A DNA stretch of 64,000 nt from Enoplolaimus lenunculus. Its lineage: Eukaryota. The position numbers were made by a program, and so were the translations under genes. Location: contig JASANG010002092.1 of assembly GCA_030248215.1 (NCBI GenBank), positions 310,001-374,000 of the forward strand. The letters run 5' to 3'. How positions within the stretch are numbered: the first letter of the stretch is position 1; every line of letters begins with the position of its first letter. Under the pieces are notes generated by a model, which made no database searches, was not told the origin of the DNA, and worked only from the letters and a program-made list of their open reading frames with translations. This document shows positions 31,001-46,100 of the stretch, piece after piece.

Positions 31001-34000
31001 TGACTAAAGAAATACGCGCTGTAGGAAACAATGTTTTTAACATGTTTGCAGAATACATTGTAGAATGTTTTCTACAAAAGAAAATTTGATTTTGTTTATA
31101 AGTTACTGTGAGTATTACCGGATGTATGCCAATTACTCCGACAGAAGCTTGAGTTCCGGCACTCACTGTTTTATAAAAATTATGTTGTTTAGTAACTTAA
31201 TTTAGCATTGGGTCTTTTATTGAAGTTTGTACGTTGATTTTTTTAATTTCTCAAAAACAAATACAACAAATGATATCTTGTTTTATTAATGCATTTGTTC
31301 TCGTTGGGAAAATTACATTTAAATATCTACACTAAAAACTACCAACAGGCGTGCCCAGTTTACAAGAAAACAACTGTTGAACTGTAAGAAACCCTAAATC
31401 GTTGTTATGCGACAATAAAATAGTCACATGGCGTAATTCTACAATCACTATGCTTGCAGGATGTAAACGAACAGTAAAAATAACGAAAACGGAAACGGGC
31501 AGTGATCAATAATAGCGGAAACGAAAAACGGATATTGAAGTATAAAAGTTTCAAAGATGTTTTATTTTTCTGCCAATAAAATTGAGGAATCCAAATATTC
31601 ACATGCTTTCTAAAATTTTACAGGAAAATAGCGGATGTAGTGAAATTTTCTAAGTTTTGAATGAATTTCGCAGTTTATCATGCTCATACATCGAACGATT
31701 ACAGCATATTTGTAGTGAAAAACTGCGATATATTTTCGTGATTTAAAACTAAATTTGAGCACAAAAATAACCGAAGTTCCGGTATTTTTATAACGGAAAC
31801 GGACACCAGTTTTTACAAGGAACGGAAACGGATATCCGGTTACACCCTGCTGTCTGGGATATTTTACTTTTTAAAAATTTTATGTGGTTCATAAAAAATT
31901 CGTGTGCGGCATTTTTTTGTCCACGGTGGTTTGTCTGATAGGTTATGTCGTGGTGACCATAAATTTGACTTTAAGACAAACTTCCTTGTTTCTTTTGGGT
32001 TCAGAAATGAAGTTGTCCACTTTTTCAGTATATTCTAATTATATATAATCGCTTGGCGTTGGTTTTTACGTAACAATAAACTCTGGTGCTGGCTCTTGGG
32101 TGCAACCGAAGAAGAAAAATAGTCAGCCGAACACAACACCTTTTACCGTAACCCGAGTTGATGATGAGACATACGTTCTTAAAATATTGTGTTTAAAAAC
32201 TGTGAATTTTAAAAAAATATTGCCGCATTTTTGTCAATTGTTAGTCTCTAAGCTTGTTTTAATATGTCAACAAGTAAAGCTTCTAAAGTTACTCCAGAGT
32301 CACTAGGGGCGATTAAATGCCGAGGATAAAGAAGAGGTGCACCATACACTTGGCCATAGACAGTTAGAGAGAGTTTCGGACCGTAGTGGGGTCCGCTGAT
32401 TTGCCCCATTGGTTAAACAGAATACCGAAGCACTGAACATGCAAATTTACAGTGCGACGTACCGCTACAAACCTCAACAACTAAACATGCAGTTTTGTTA
32501 AACGTGTGAAGCGCGAAATCGCACTTTTTTCAGCTAAATAGCCGAAAGTTACAAATTTTTGGACTGGAGATTGACAAACAATTTAGCCCACTCGGTCAAA
32601 TGCGAGGAAGAGCAATCTGTCGTCGACACCGTTATCACCGCTTTTGAAAGTAACAAAAACTCGCTGAACGACACAAGTTTTATAAAATACGAAATATTTC
32701 ACAATACTGAAATTGTCGAAAACTAAACGCAAATATTCCACAGAAGGCGAAAGTCTATTTTCCAGCTGCAAGTGGTAGGCAGATCTTCGGTTGTACCCTG
32801 ATACATATATCAAAACAAACCATTATTCTATAAATAAAATAACGTAACATCAGGCTAAATAAGGGTAGTTAACTATCCTTGTTGGTCGTCATGTTTACCA
32901 GAATGCTAGGCGGATAAACAATCGAATATCTTATCCGCGTCTTCAAGTTCTTTACCGGTGTGAGTATATACGTGTCAAAAATTTATAGTACTCATCTCGC
33001 GTTTACACACGGGTCGCGCGAACAATTATTCTACAACCTGTAAGAGTAAGTTTTTAGTTTTTCTAGGAATGTCAGGCGGTATATCTTTCTATCATCCCTT
33101 AAATATGCCCATGGATACCGTGCTTGCATCGTTCCAGTTTGATGCATTTTCACTTTGAGGCAAAATTCTGTGCTGGTCAATGTAGGATTTTTCGGCGAAC
33201 GGTGATATATCCATTTGTTTTGAAACTTTTTATGTTTTTAAAGCACATTTCTCAAATAATAATCATACTAACTAAAATTGTTCTGTATGTATATGTATCA
33301 ATGTAAAGTATGTACGGTGTTGTGGAGGCCAGTTGGTTTAATTTCGGAAACTAAAAATTCGGTCTCTGGGCCAATTTTTTATGAGGAGTAACACAGAATA
33401 GGTGGTTTTGACCTCAAATATCATTTCTAAATCGTTGGAGACATTTAGCCTTACAAATAGTCCTGAATACAGTTATGTACAAAGGTGCAGGTCTGATGGT
33501 TCGAACTCGGAAGTTAAAAACTTAGCGCCTAGGTCAGTTTATCTTAGGAGTAACATGGAATAGCTGGCATTTACCATAGATGTCGTTTCAGGCCATAGTT
33601 TAAATGGACTGACTTTTAACCCCAGCAATCCTGGGTGCTCCAGCTAGTAATTGATTCAATATTCTAAAACTTACAAAATACGGCGAAAGTGCAAAATGTT
33701 TTAGACTCTGTTGCATTCGCATGATATTTTTGAACAATTTTGCAAGAAAACACTTGCTTCTCATAAGCAATTTTCACTGCAAAATTTTCAGCACGGCAGT
33801 GCTTGTGAAGACATATAACTCATCCTAAATCCACCTAAATTCACCGCTTGTTTAAACACCAAACAATTTAAATGTTCTTTAACCGCCTGTCACCCTTTGC
33901 CCTCGTAGATTTTATACACAACCTTTCACTTCAGAATTATGAAAAAAATTAAATTTTAAGAGTCCCACTGCAACTAAATCCATTGAATTTGTCGGCACTT

Positions 34001-37000
34001 GATATGCAAACGATGCATTTTCAATTATTGTGAATGATATCAAATTGCCGAAGAACAACACAACAGCCAGAATTTCGCAAACAGTGCCGATAAAATTGAA
34101 CGACACACATGAGCAGATTATTAGATACATAGTCTCGTTTCTTATTAAATACTTAAAGTTGAAAGAAAATTTGTTAAACGGTAAACTACTTTAGAAATAG
34201 ATCTTTCCTTAGTAAATCGAAGTTGATGTGTTATAATGAGTGTCAGATTAAGAACTGCGGATATGAATATTTATTAGACATTGATTGTTCATGACAATTA
34301 TTGAGATTAAAATCGAAAGAAATTTATACTCAGAATTTCGAAAAAGATCGGGGATCTATCCGTCATTTCACAGCTAATATAGGTACTGCAAGACTCGCTT
34401 CTGTTATCCTACTGGAGAATGTTCAATGTTCATTGTTGAAAAGGCAACCGTCGGAAAATAACAGATATCTAGTTGAGGTGGAAGTTACAACACAAACAAG
34501 AAAACTTGCTTTTTCAAAAACATTGTGTCACTGCCAGTTTGGTTTGGAATCTTTAAAGAAAAATTTAATTTTGATAAGCTTATTGGAGGAATATACATAT
34601 TATATATGTGTTTTGTGCATAAACAAATTACCGTATAACTAGTAAGCCGGCAATCAGGAAAGTGAAAGAAGAGTACGCAAGCAAAAAGAATATAGAAGCT
34701 TTGCGACAATATTAAGAGTACAGTTATCAAGTCGTATCCGGATATTCACTTTGGTATTTTGTTTGCTGTGTTCCTACCCGTTTTCGAAGTACGATCTCTG
34801 GAGAATCAAAAATTCCGATATTTTTATCATAATTGTGAAAGTGTTTCAGTTTTAAAATTTTTGGCTTTACTGCAATTCATTGTTAAATTGAGCTGAAATA
34901 GTACAAAATCGATATGTGGTATATAAAAATTTATGTAAAATTTAAACGAGAGATCTGCTGCAAATGTATATGCTTGTTCTGTTTGTATAGACAACAAAGC
35001 CAAACGTTTATTGAAATGTATTTCCAACGTAAAACGTTCGTTTACACATTTCCACGTTTATTTTTTCGTAAACTATGTTGTGAAAGGTTCAATTTTTGTT
35101 TGAGCAGCTAAAATGGAAGTTATTTCGAGTTTACTTAGGAAATAATATCAATTTTTGTATTTAGTATTTCGTTAGCTATTCGTTTTTGGTAATTTGATAG
35201 CTATCTGTTGCTTATATTTTTACAATATATTTAATGCTCCATCCGTGTTTACTGTTGAAACATAAAGAAAAATATTGAATTTACCAATCATTCCGCGACT
35301 AGTGGGCAATACCAAACAGCCAGGTGACGTATTAGATGCGTCCAGTTGCCCCGAACCACCGTTTGCTCCGGCACAAACGTCCAATCCGGATGCAGCAAAT
35401 TGTAACCACGGTGGTGGATGCAGACCGAGGAGTGTCGCTGCCGCAGCTGCAGCATGATGTTGACTTAAATTTGCCAGAACACTGTCAACATTGGCCCCCG
35501 CTGATGGTTGTGCAGGGATCCACGAGTGTACAGTTGGTGCATTGGTTGTTGTAGTTTGATGAGATTTAAGATAAAATTTAGCCAAACTTTGCGACGAATT
35601 TACTTCCGGCTCAGCATGAAATTTTGCCAAAGTTTGTGCAGTTACTTCCGGGTCAGTAGTATTTTGTTCCCGGCGCTCTACATTGTCAGATTCGGATGTG
35701 TGACGGATTATTTCATAAGAAGTCGTGTCGTGTCTTAGTTCAGCGATGCTCGAAAGCAACTCGCTGTTGATGAGATTCGTTACGCTGACTTTGGGTGAGT
35801 TGAGTTGTTGCTGTTGTTGTCGTTGTAGGTGTTGCAGTAGCAAAACGTCTTGATCTAATTGACATGGTAACAAACTATTAGGTGGTAGCTGATCAGCCGT
35901 AGATGCTTGAATGGTGTTGTTTGCAATCGGATGTCCAGTGTATGGATGGGAAGCTTCGGGTTCTATTTCGTCAAATGCTTAAAATATAAATTAATACAAA
36001 ATATTCGCGATTTTTTAAATTGAATTTTTTAACCTTCAAATTTTGGATCAATTAATGATCCTGAATTTAAGTAAGGAGGAACTTTATTTGATCCGATACT
36101 GCAGTGACCCGAATGAGAGGGGGGACTGAAATTTACTTTGCCTCCCTTCCTGTTAGTCGGTTAAGGATTGCTATTTATTTTTAACCTGCCCTCCGCCGCC
36201 CTTCGTTACTGATATATATCCGGTATTGCAACTATCCGTTGGATTATACTTTATTTGTCTTGTATCAAAAGCTTAGGCGATGATGTAAGGTTATACTTAG
36301 GAATATACTTTCAAAACCTAAGTATGCTTTAAAGTTTCGAGCTCAACTTTATTTGGTCCTGGAGTCATTTATACACTACAATTAGAGATAATTGCATTTA
36401 CGAACGCTATTTATGGTTTAGGAACACTATTCGCTTACGGACTCTTATTAAGGAACGGACTCCAATTGATTAGGGCTTAAAATGCTGACCCTCCTCTTAT
36501 TTCCCGCCTTCTATTCTGGTCACTACAGCAACAGAGGGGGATCTTAACTTATGTCTGATGGAAATAAGAATTATAATTTATCCCATGTTTTAGGAATACT
36601 AAACCAATTGCATTTTCACATCCTCTATGTCAGTCAATGCAGTCGGCTACGGGCCCACATTGTTCTATTTGCAGTCATTGTGGAAAATAAAGACGTTTCA
36701 CTCTAAACAAGCTCCGAGCCGTGTTTTAAACTTGAATAAATTACATTTAACTCAACCCAATTCAAAATCGACGCAAAAATTAAACAGATTAGTGCTGAGG
36801 TATACTAAAAACTGCGTATTTCGCTGCGGTTTGGTTCAGGGATTGCCTCTAAGTTCAAGTGTAAAATTTTTCGCAATCAAACGTCGGGCTTACGAGTCAG
36901 AGTAAAATAACAGATTTAGTGCGCTGCCAACAATTTGGGCCAGCGCGACATCCCGGCTGAGTGGAGGATAATCGAAAAGATCCTGAATTCCTACTAGGCA

Positions 37001-37256
37001 AGGACACTGCCTGATTGAATCAGCTGTTTTTCCGGTGCCAACCCTTTTTAATTTAAATTTGGTGCTTCATATAATGATTGCTTAGCATAAATTTAATACC
37101 TGAACTTTTTGGGCATTCATTCATTATCACACGGTCCTTATCATCATCGACATCAGCGCGTAGTATAGAATTTATCGAGAAACGTATTTTTGACCGACTG
37201 TTTTGATCAGTAGAACCATTACTGGCAGTAACTTTACAGCTGGTACCTGCCGACAT
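28077..37256 (-). CDS. Bsx: brain-specific homeobox protein (Bsx/bsh, NK-class); exons 37100-37256, 35285-35977, 29248-29633, 28077-28286
   Basis: Homeodomain [59 protein letters not shown]. eh1 motif FSINSIL in exon 1. GT-AG introns with compatible phases 1, 1 and 0. Poly-Ala and poly-Gln tracts. Confidence 0.92.
28290..28537. repeat. 25-bp minisatellite (about 10 units) abutting the last Bsx splice acceptor
   Basis: Unit AAAATATATTCACAGTGAATTTTCA. Confidence 0.95.
33263..33647 (+). mobile_element. non-autonomous Helitron (about 385 bp) in Bsx intron 2
   Basis: A|TCATACTAACTAAAATTG 5' end. 3' hairpin CCCAG-CAATC-CTGGG followed by CTAG|T. Inserted between A and T with no TSD. Confidence 0.65.
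36099..36528. mobile_element. MITE, diverged inverted copy of 22985-23415, in Bsx intron 1
   Basis: CTGCAGTGACCCGAATGAGAGG ... GGTCACTACAG. The interior matches the reverse complement of the first copy (e.g. ATTTGGTCCTGGAGTCATTTAT). Confidence 0.8.
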
Positions 37257-38064
37257 CTTTGAGTACTGTTTAGGTATTATGTTTCAATAATTTTAGAATT
37301 AACTGTCAAAAAATTGTGAACATATTCTTTTAATAAAATTCGCTATAACTATGATTTTCGGCGCAAATACATTCCTACAGCCAGCTGAACAGGGTTAATT
37401 ATTTCATGAGAGGTGTGCTAGTTTTCCCGATGGCTTATAAGAACCAAATTAAACTTTTTGTAGTGATTTAAAATTTGTTATAATGTGGTTGCACTCTCTC
37501 GTGGCTCTTCACTGGTTAGGGGCTCGTTTAACCTTTTACAACACTTTTTTGGTTTGATTTTTTGCTATGCTACTCAGTTTCTTAAGAATAAAACAGGACA
37601 ACATTAAGACTATTTAAAAATACAATTCTCAGAATAGCAAAATCCACTATACATTAGGAATGTACCGATGTGAAAATTTTTGCCGATGCTGATTCTAAGT
37701 TTCAAAATTTACAGGTGCCGAACAGATGTCGATTCCAAATTTAGTACACCAAGTTTAAGGAGAAGATAGGATACTGCATTGCATCGTTATGCTAAAACTT
37801 GAACCCTAACCACCATAAACTGATATAATTATTTTATGACAACGGTTCATTTCAATTAATTTTTTCAAACACAGAAGCAAGAGAGATAACAAATTCTTTA
37901 ATTAGACACAGTGATACGCGTCAAAAAGTGAAATTGATAGCATTCAAACTGTCTACAATGAGCAAAAAGTATCGGCAAAGAATCGGCAATGATTTTGCTG
38001 TGCCGATGCCTCTTTAATCAAACAATGTCAGAAGGCCAACAATAAAAACTTGAAGGATTATTCG

Positions 38065-38311
38065 CAATGTAAATTCCAATGAGTAACTTTTTCTCACAAT
38101 GAATTTAATCTGCTCATGAGCCAGAGCTATGAATTAGGTCTTTCAGAATTCTGAATTTCAATATCTTCCGAGTTAATAATTATATAATCGACGTCCCCGG
38201 AATTAGATCAGCTCAGAGCGAGTTGATGTTTCCTGTTGTTACCTCAAAAATAACCAGAAATGATTAATTCAGCCTCTGAGTTGATTAATCAGCTCATCGG
38301 AATTTACACTG
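38065..38311. mobile_element. diverged third copy of the CACTGTAAA MITE
   Basis: CAATGTAAATTCCAATGAG ... TGAGTTGATTAATCAGCTCATCGGAATTTACACTG. Confidence 0.6.
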
Positions 38312-41300
38312 CGAGTATATAATATTGTAAACGGTGAACACAAAAATTACAAAAGTTTCCGGAAGTTTCACAACGAAATACTTTCCGGTTTTAGTGGAAA
38401 CGTATATCCAGTTAAGAATCTGTTTAAAACAAGGAAGCGTGTGAAAAATACAATAAATACAAAGTCTAAGCTTATTAAATTACAGACTCGTACATCTTTT
38501 ACTACCGGCTTTTACTAGAAATTTACAATTTTAGTGGCTGGCTGCAAGTGCGAGGTATTTAAACAAAAACATTACAGCAGAATTATCATAAACCACAAAA
38601 TTGTCGAACAAATTACATGTTAAATGCACATCGCGTTTAATCCAATTAAGCTCTCTCCAACAGCGTGAGTGCGAGATAGATCCCTGCTGAATTTTAAATT
38701 AGTGCACAATTGCAAAACAAATTTATTAACCGTGTTCGTCTTCTCGTGTTACATTTACACAGATCATGAATGCAATGATTTGTGACCTACTGTAGATTGT
38801 TTAGTTCGACTTGTCAAATCAGAATTGAACGCACATTATTTCAAAACTTCACACGTGGCATCAAAAATTCAAGGACTGTAATTAGAATTAAAATTAAACT
38901 GGGTTATGAATTGTATAACCAGTATATGCTTAGAAAAACAGTGTGACACCTTGAGAATTGTTAACAATAAACTTTTCGATGCAACTATGGTCGCCCCAAC
39001 CGAAAATTTTTTGACAACATTATATGTATTATAATAATAGCAAAATAGCAAGATTTCTTCGCTCGTATATATGCCAGAAATCTTGTTGCATCGTAGTGAT
39101 TACACTATTACACATCTTTACGCTAAAGGCAAACCTACAAACAGTCGCCTACGTACAAAATTTGTTTATTGGAAATATTTAAAAAATGCGGATGGAATTA
39201 ATTTGTGCAAATAATATCACCAAAATATATAAGCATTAAATAATTAAAAATTAAAATTTTTTCGCAAATTTGTTAAGTTTACTATACTAATATTTTCGGT
39301 TATATGTGTAAACTGTGCAAGGGAAAAATAATACTAAACCGATGCAAAAGCAAAAAAATGCAAAAGACAACCTTTAATTTTAATATAGCGCATGCTAAAA
39401 ATAATGTCATGATCAGCCGAAGTTATCTGATTTGTTAAGCGTACTTCGAATATAAAATACCTCCAAAATTGTTTAGATATGAGTTAGAATAATTTATCTT
39501 TATAATTGTCAATGATTACGGTAGATGGGCTGGGGTAAGTATGGGTTAGTGTAGCTATATGATGTGCTCTTGTAGGCACTAAAGCCTAAAGATAGCAGAA
39601 ATTTTAAATTGATCCTACAAAACAACTAGGTGAAAGTTTCCAAATATAAATATATTTGCAGCATTTTGAGCTATTGATAGCAAAATGTCCCTTGTAACTT
39701 GAAAACTAAATGTATGTGTTTGCATACTAATTAAAAGTTGAGGTGGTCTTTAAAATTGCTGATTGCGAACAACACAATAAGGGCAAAGGCAATTAGACAA
39801 GCCTGAACCATAACTCATTTTAATCTATAATCAACATCAGGTTGATTTCAGATTGACTATAGTTATAAATTTCAAAAGCATCGAATTAGCGATTGCGTTT
39901 ATTTAGATTCGTCAAAATTATTCTTAAATTATTAGTAGTGAAATTGCTAAAGGCGACAAGCTCAGCGGTAGCGCAACTACAGAGGCGTGTATACCCGAAC
40001 CAAAATGGATCATTTAATAAATTTTACATTATCAAACTCGAGTTTAGAAAGCGAGTATAATATAAAACCGCACGAAATTTAAATAATTTCACTTTGCATA
40101 CAATGGTTGTAAGTCTTAGCATAGTCTTTTGAGCAATGTTATATCTAATTATCTATTGAAATGTTGATGTGCCTGCGCATATAATCATGGCTTTGTAGCA
40201 GTCACCGCATTTCCCTGAAGATATTCTAATTAAGTGACGGCAAAGTGTTCTGAGCATGGAACACTTGCGGACTTTAGTTTTATACAGATACAAATGCGAG
40301 AATTTAGTGTTTCATGTATTATTGTATTTATTGTCGATGAGTAGAATATGATTGCACGAATTAGCGTGAACACCTTACTTTATTTTCATACTGTTAAAAT
40401 ACGAACTTCACCACCGAATAATCAGAGAGGCTTGGACAGGTTTTCTGTTCGGATAGGAATAATTTCATGTGCAGGAAAATTTTTACTTTCAGAATCCAAT
40501 TGTGAGATTTAATGCCTGATAAAAGTGCTTTTTATGTCACCAGTCATTTTCGTGGCAGGATATATTAGCTTTATCTCTTCTCTTGTATTATATATACACC
40601 CTTCGAACTATGGGCAGTAAAACTAATTCAAGGAATGTGACTTCAAACTATATCATGTATTGAATTGCTTAAACGTTTCTGGAATTAAAACTTGCTAAAT
40701 GTTCTAAAAACCTCAAGTAGTATTATTTCAGTCTGACAGTTAAAGTTTGTGCATTAGACAAAACGTTACATTTGACAACCGGAACTTAAACAAGATTTTC
40801 GTTTGCACGAAATACGATAAATCGAAAAATGTTCAAAGACAATAAAGCCAGCAGCGTTAAGACAACAATCTTTTATAAAATTTTATTCAAATATATGAGA
40901 ACTAAATTTATAATTAAATCCCGAATGCTTAATCACTGAAATCATAATCCCATTAGCAATTCAGTATAAATGCGAATGTAGTGATATTTTAAAGAGTAAA
41001 ACGTTGCGTTTGGACAACGACTATAAAAGTGGAGTTTTAGTGAGAGACATACAGGAAAGCGATCGGATGAAGAACAAAGCACTAAATTCCAGGTGTAAGA
41101 GGCAGCTTAGAGCGGTTTAGAATTAATAAATTTACCATACTCAATTGGGTCGAACATGTCTGGCAAATATGAGTCAGGGGGTGCAGCTGAGGTTCCCTGA
41201 GCAAGTTTAAACGTTAGTAGGTAGAGAAATAATTGCCCAATTTCTTGCTGAATCAGTTTATCTTAAAACTTTTCCACTGGGTCTTTACTTGCACACTTCA

Positions 41301-42783
41301 ACCTAATATTCTGGCGGCGCCCATGATGGTTTAATACCTTGATATATTAGGCTTAACAACTCAGATATCCACTGTTAATATATCCTGTCTTGTTTAGGTG
41401 GTTAATATGATACATAACGTTAAGGTCGATGTATATTTTAAAGATTTTTGGTTGCAATTCTATAGAATGGAAGTTAACAATGTTGAAACTTTAGTATACT
41501 CGGCGGCACAGAGTTCCATTTAAAACCAAAGTAGTATTGCGGTGTATTATTTTTACAGTAAGAGTGCAGGTTTGCATACAACAAATCCGTGGTAATTTTG
41601 CGCTTTAAATGTTGCCGAATATTTTCAAATTTAAAATACTTTTTATCAAGTAAGTAATAAACTGTGCAATTAGTAATAAACGGAAATTGCTCGGGAGGTA
41701 TTCATCGAAACTCAAAATACAACATTATGCGCTATATAAATATTTGGCAGATGACCAGTCTGTTTAAAAAGTAAAAGCCCGATCTACCGCGCCCGACACA
41801 CTGTGGGTTTTCAAGGATCATCGCAAAACTTTTGGATGGTAACCGTATATATTAATGATGATATTTTTCGGTAAGGCAAGGACAGAGATGCATATTTGCT
41901 GTACCTGTCCCGCACTAAAGCAATTACAGTTTTATGGTGTATAAAGTATATTCTGATTTCGTATGAGAAAAAAAACCTCTGTTTCATTTTGCATTGGTCT
42001 ATATTCTTTAATGTGTCTAGCATCAATAACCACTCGGCGATAAATGTCTTGCAACTGTTTTGAGTGAGTGAATAGTGAAGTTTAAACTTCACACATGTTC
42101 CTTTTATTCCATTTACCGCGCTTCAGCGCAAATTTTGGGACGGGGTTCTGTGAGGCTTCTTTTAGTTAAAAAATCTATGGCTATTACTGATGATAGTTGT
42201 TCGGAATTATGAACACTGATGTACATGTGACGTCAAAAATATTTGGAAGAAATTTTTGCTTCTTCTTGGTGCGAGCGATTTGCTGCACAATGTCAGTTAG
42301 ACGCCTATGCAAAGTAGTATTTGTGATTTAATTCAATTTAAACTCAAATTACTTCACTAATTTCCTTATGTTCCTCGAATTTGTCGCAACCGAACAACAT
42401 AAGCGCGAATCTATTGACGGCTGTATTAAGCGCACTCAGTATAAGTAAAAGGCTGATGGGTACGATCTTTTGGAGACAAATATGATAATGAAACCAGAAT
42501 TCCCGACGGAGCCAATTTGGACTTTTAGCTCAGACCAGTTCTGTCTTCAAACAATTATAATTGTTCAATTAGTTCAAAACAAAGATTTAAACATAACGGA
42601 TATAATTTAAAGCTTTAGGTTAAGCGCAGAAAATGTACATATATATTCTGTATTATATCTATATGTATTTGCATATTATATATAATATATATTATATATA
42701 TACAAAATATAGAGTAATATTGACACATAAAGCAATAGTCATATTTAATTTTTTATATCTGATTTTATCTTCAAAGTTGATAG

Positions 42784-43110
42784 TTAATTTATACAGATTT
42801 TTAAATCATTATCTACTAACTGAAAAACTGTATGATCAGACAAAATATTATTCATCTTAGAAATATAGTCGGATCTATTTAATAAGACCAGACCATTACC
42901 TTTGTCAGGTTTCGAAATGACTATTCTACGATCATTAGCTAAACTTTTCAAAGTTGAGATAAAATTTTTTGGAATGTTGGAAACATTTTTATATCTCTTA
43001 ACCATACCAAGCGCATTAGTGATCAACTGCCTAAATTTATCCCGAAAAACAAACGGTAACTGAATTTGCTTATTAGAATTTTGGATAGAGTGGGCTAGGA
43101 GCTCATTGCT
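42784..43110 (-). pseudogene. fragment of the N-terminal region of a Penelope-like retroelement reverse transcriptase
   Basis: LKSLANDRRIVISKPDKGNGLVLLNRSDYISKMNNILSD matches the 'DKG' pre-RT motif typical of PLEs. No RT core nearby. Confidence 0.65.
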
Positions 43111-46100
43111 AACTTATACAATAATGCGAGGACAGGTCTTTTCAATTCTGATGATAAGTCAGGGGATTATTTTATAGCTTTTATAGCGCTACAACGTATT
43201 TTTAGGATGAGATCAGTGCGATAAACTGTTGTTATATATGGTACAGATTTACAAGTAAACCCTTTATTAAGTTTAGAACATCCGCATAGAAAGCATGTCT
43301 ATAGGAAGTAGGTAGCGTATTATTTTCGTGGGAGTACAAAATTATATCAAAGTCCAAAAAAGTAAAAATTGTTCGTTGTTAAAACATTTTTTGCACGGTG
43401 CCACTGTATTCATCTATTGCTGAACTGAAAAAAGCGTCACATGTCATAATTCGGTTCCTTCATATTCAGCAAATTTCGCAAGTTCACATTTTTACTGCTT
43501 ATTAAACGAAGTCTCGTACACATACGTTTTACCACTAAGGCTGGGTTGCATAAGTAGGCTTTGTTTAAATATAATTTTGGCCGAAGTCGACATTTCACTA
43601 ACGTTTTGCAGCTTTATCTTAACTCTCACATAGGCGTTTAAAAAATTACTTGCCAAAAGGTTGCCAAAAATTGAGCTATAAAATTTTGATCTTCTTTTCG
43701 CCGATTGTTCAAGCGATAAATAACTCGTCAGAGACAATACGTATTTATCAAAATCTAAAACTTTTAAACTTGAGCATGTTTTGTGACTGAATACCCAAAA
43801 TAGACTAAGTAAGAGGTTGAGTTTAATTGGTGTTTTTGCAACCCAACCTCAGACTCTAAACATCTCATTTAGAATAATATATATTCTCAACTACCAAAGT
43901 ACCTACGAAATGTCAAACATAAACACAAAATATTAATATATTTAATTGCGATATTTGATTGAATTATTAATTTAATTTATGGTCGTTTCAAGTTAATGTT
44001 TTAGTATTTAAACACAAATTAATTAAAAGAACAAAAGTTTAAGAGCTAATCAGCTTCTAATATTTAACCATAAACGATACATTTACGTTCATTAATTTTA
44101 CATTTTAGAACAAAACCAAAATCTATGCAACGCATCATAATTTACACTTAATTTGATTTAATTGACTTGTTCTCAAATTTTAACTGAAATACTCTCACAA
44201 TTCAAATTCAATTAAAATGATACATTTCCTACACGCCCACTTTGTTAACGTTGAAGGCGTCGGTGGCTTGAACATCTATGTACCGGTTTGTAATTTTAAA
44301 ATTGTTAAATGAGTTTGAAAATTGAAATTCCGGCTATTAATCTAGACGAAACAAACACGTGGAAGTAAAACCAGCAGGCGACAACTGTACTCGAAAAATA
44401 TCGAAAGGAGGTAAAACAAACTTTGAAGCAGCTTTGATCGGAGCCAGTTGTCAAGTTGGTATGGAGTTAAAATAATGTTGGAATTGCAAATTTTAGCAAT
44501 GTAAATGGTGATTCTGAAAACTCACTGAACGACACAACTGTCATATAAAATATGTATACTAAGAATTTTACCAGCGAAATTGCTCGAACCGTTAGTAAAA
44601 TTGCCAGGGAAACCGAAAATTGATTTCTGCTGGAGCCGTACTCATAGCTTTGGTTTCACCAGTGGCACAGGAACGATTCATAAAATGGGGAACAACATGA
44701 CCAAAACGTTTCATAAAGCGTAAGTCTGGTGACAAATTCTGAATAAGTCTGTTAGTCGAGATTCTCTGGGAGTTAATTCCTTGCGACTATCACACTTCTC
44801 TTAAAGGTTCGTTTGTTTTTTTTCGGCAACTTAAAATAATTTGAATGAGTAGTTTTATTTGCCCGACAAAAAAGAATTTGAAGTAGTTTAAGGCAAGATT
44901 TGGGATTTTGGAATTTCTGCCTGAGATTTTAAAATCTTAGGATGTGGTCGCAAGTGGGATCTTGTACTTTGGGCTATTTCAGTTCAGAGGCAATGTTTTG
45001 TGGGAACCCCATCTGGATCACCGAAGCCCCCATGTAATCGAATTACGCCCCCACGAGACTCAACCAGGCGCCTATTAAATTCACCGAAACCAGGAGCCGT
45101 CTACCGTGACCCTGCGCACAATATATACAAATTATTCATACATGCTTTTAGAGCTAAAGCTTTTGACTGAAATAATCAGCATTTGGAAGTATGTATCCCA
45201 ATACTAAATTTTTGATGTGGAAAAATTTAGTTTGAAGATCTGACTTTAACAATTTCGCTTAAACAGTGCCTTAAGAGTAAACTATTAAATATTTACGGTG
45301 AAGAAACCTAGTGAGCAAAGCGAGACAGAATAAGTCTAAGAATAACCGGAAGGCTAATCCTTAACTTATTAATAATGAGCCTAGGTCTAGAACGCATTAA
45401 TTAAATGATGGACTAAAAATTGTCGAGTTGACGAGTTTTCGTATGCAAGTTAATCGTCGAGTAGTTGTCCAGTTACAAATTGTCATGATGCCAAGAAACA
45501 TCAGAATGATTTCTAATACTAAAATTATGGTTGCCAGGTATATGCAGGTTTGGTAGTGGAATTTTTCGCGTAATAGAAACTTTAGGGCAATCTTGGAATG
45601 CCTATTTTATTTCGCCAAAGTGGCCTAAATTAAAACTACCTAATTCGCTTCACCCCCAACTCCAGTAACATTTGTTGATCGGCGGTTCCTGCTTCCGTCG
45701 TTTGCACCTCCCTGACATTACCAAGCTCATGATGTATTGAACGCCAGCTTAATTTACTTTCATCAAAGCAGATAACCGAAATGTAAAAACGTTCAAATGT
45801 TATATTAAAACTTCAAACCTTGATATGTGAAAAAGACAAAATATTTAATAAATAGATATACACGTGATATGACTACATGGCGTTGTCACTTCTTTCGTGA
45901 CGTCGGTAGTTTTACACACTGTAGCCAAATTAAACTTTATGTACTCAAGAATATTCGTGTTATTGAAAAAAATCTATTTTCATTATGTATATGCCATAAT
46001 TGCTATTAATAGCGGACAATATCGTCTTCACGGCGAAGAAATAGATTAAAACATATCCGTTATTCCGGCTCATACATTGCACGTGGAGAAATGTGTTTAG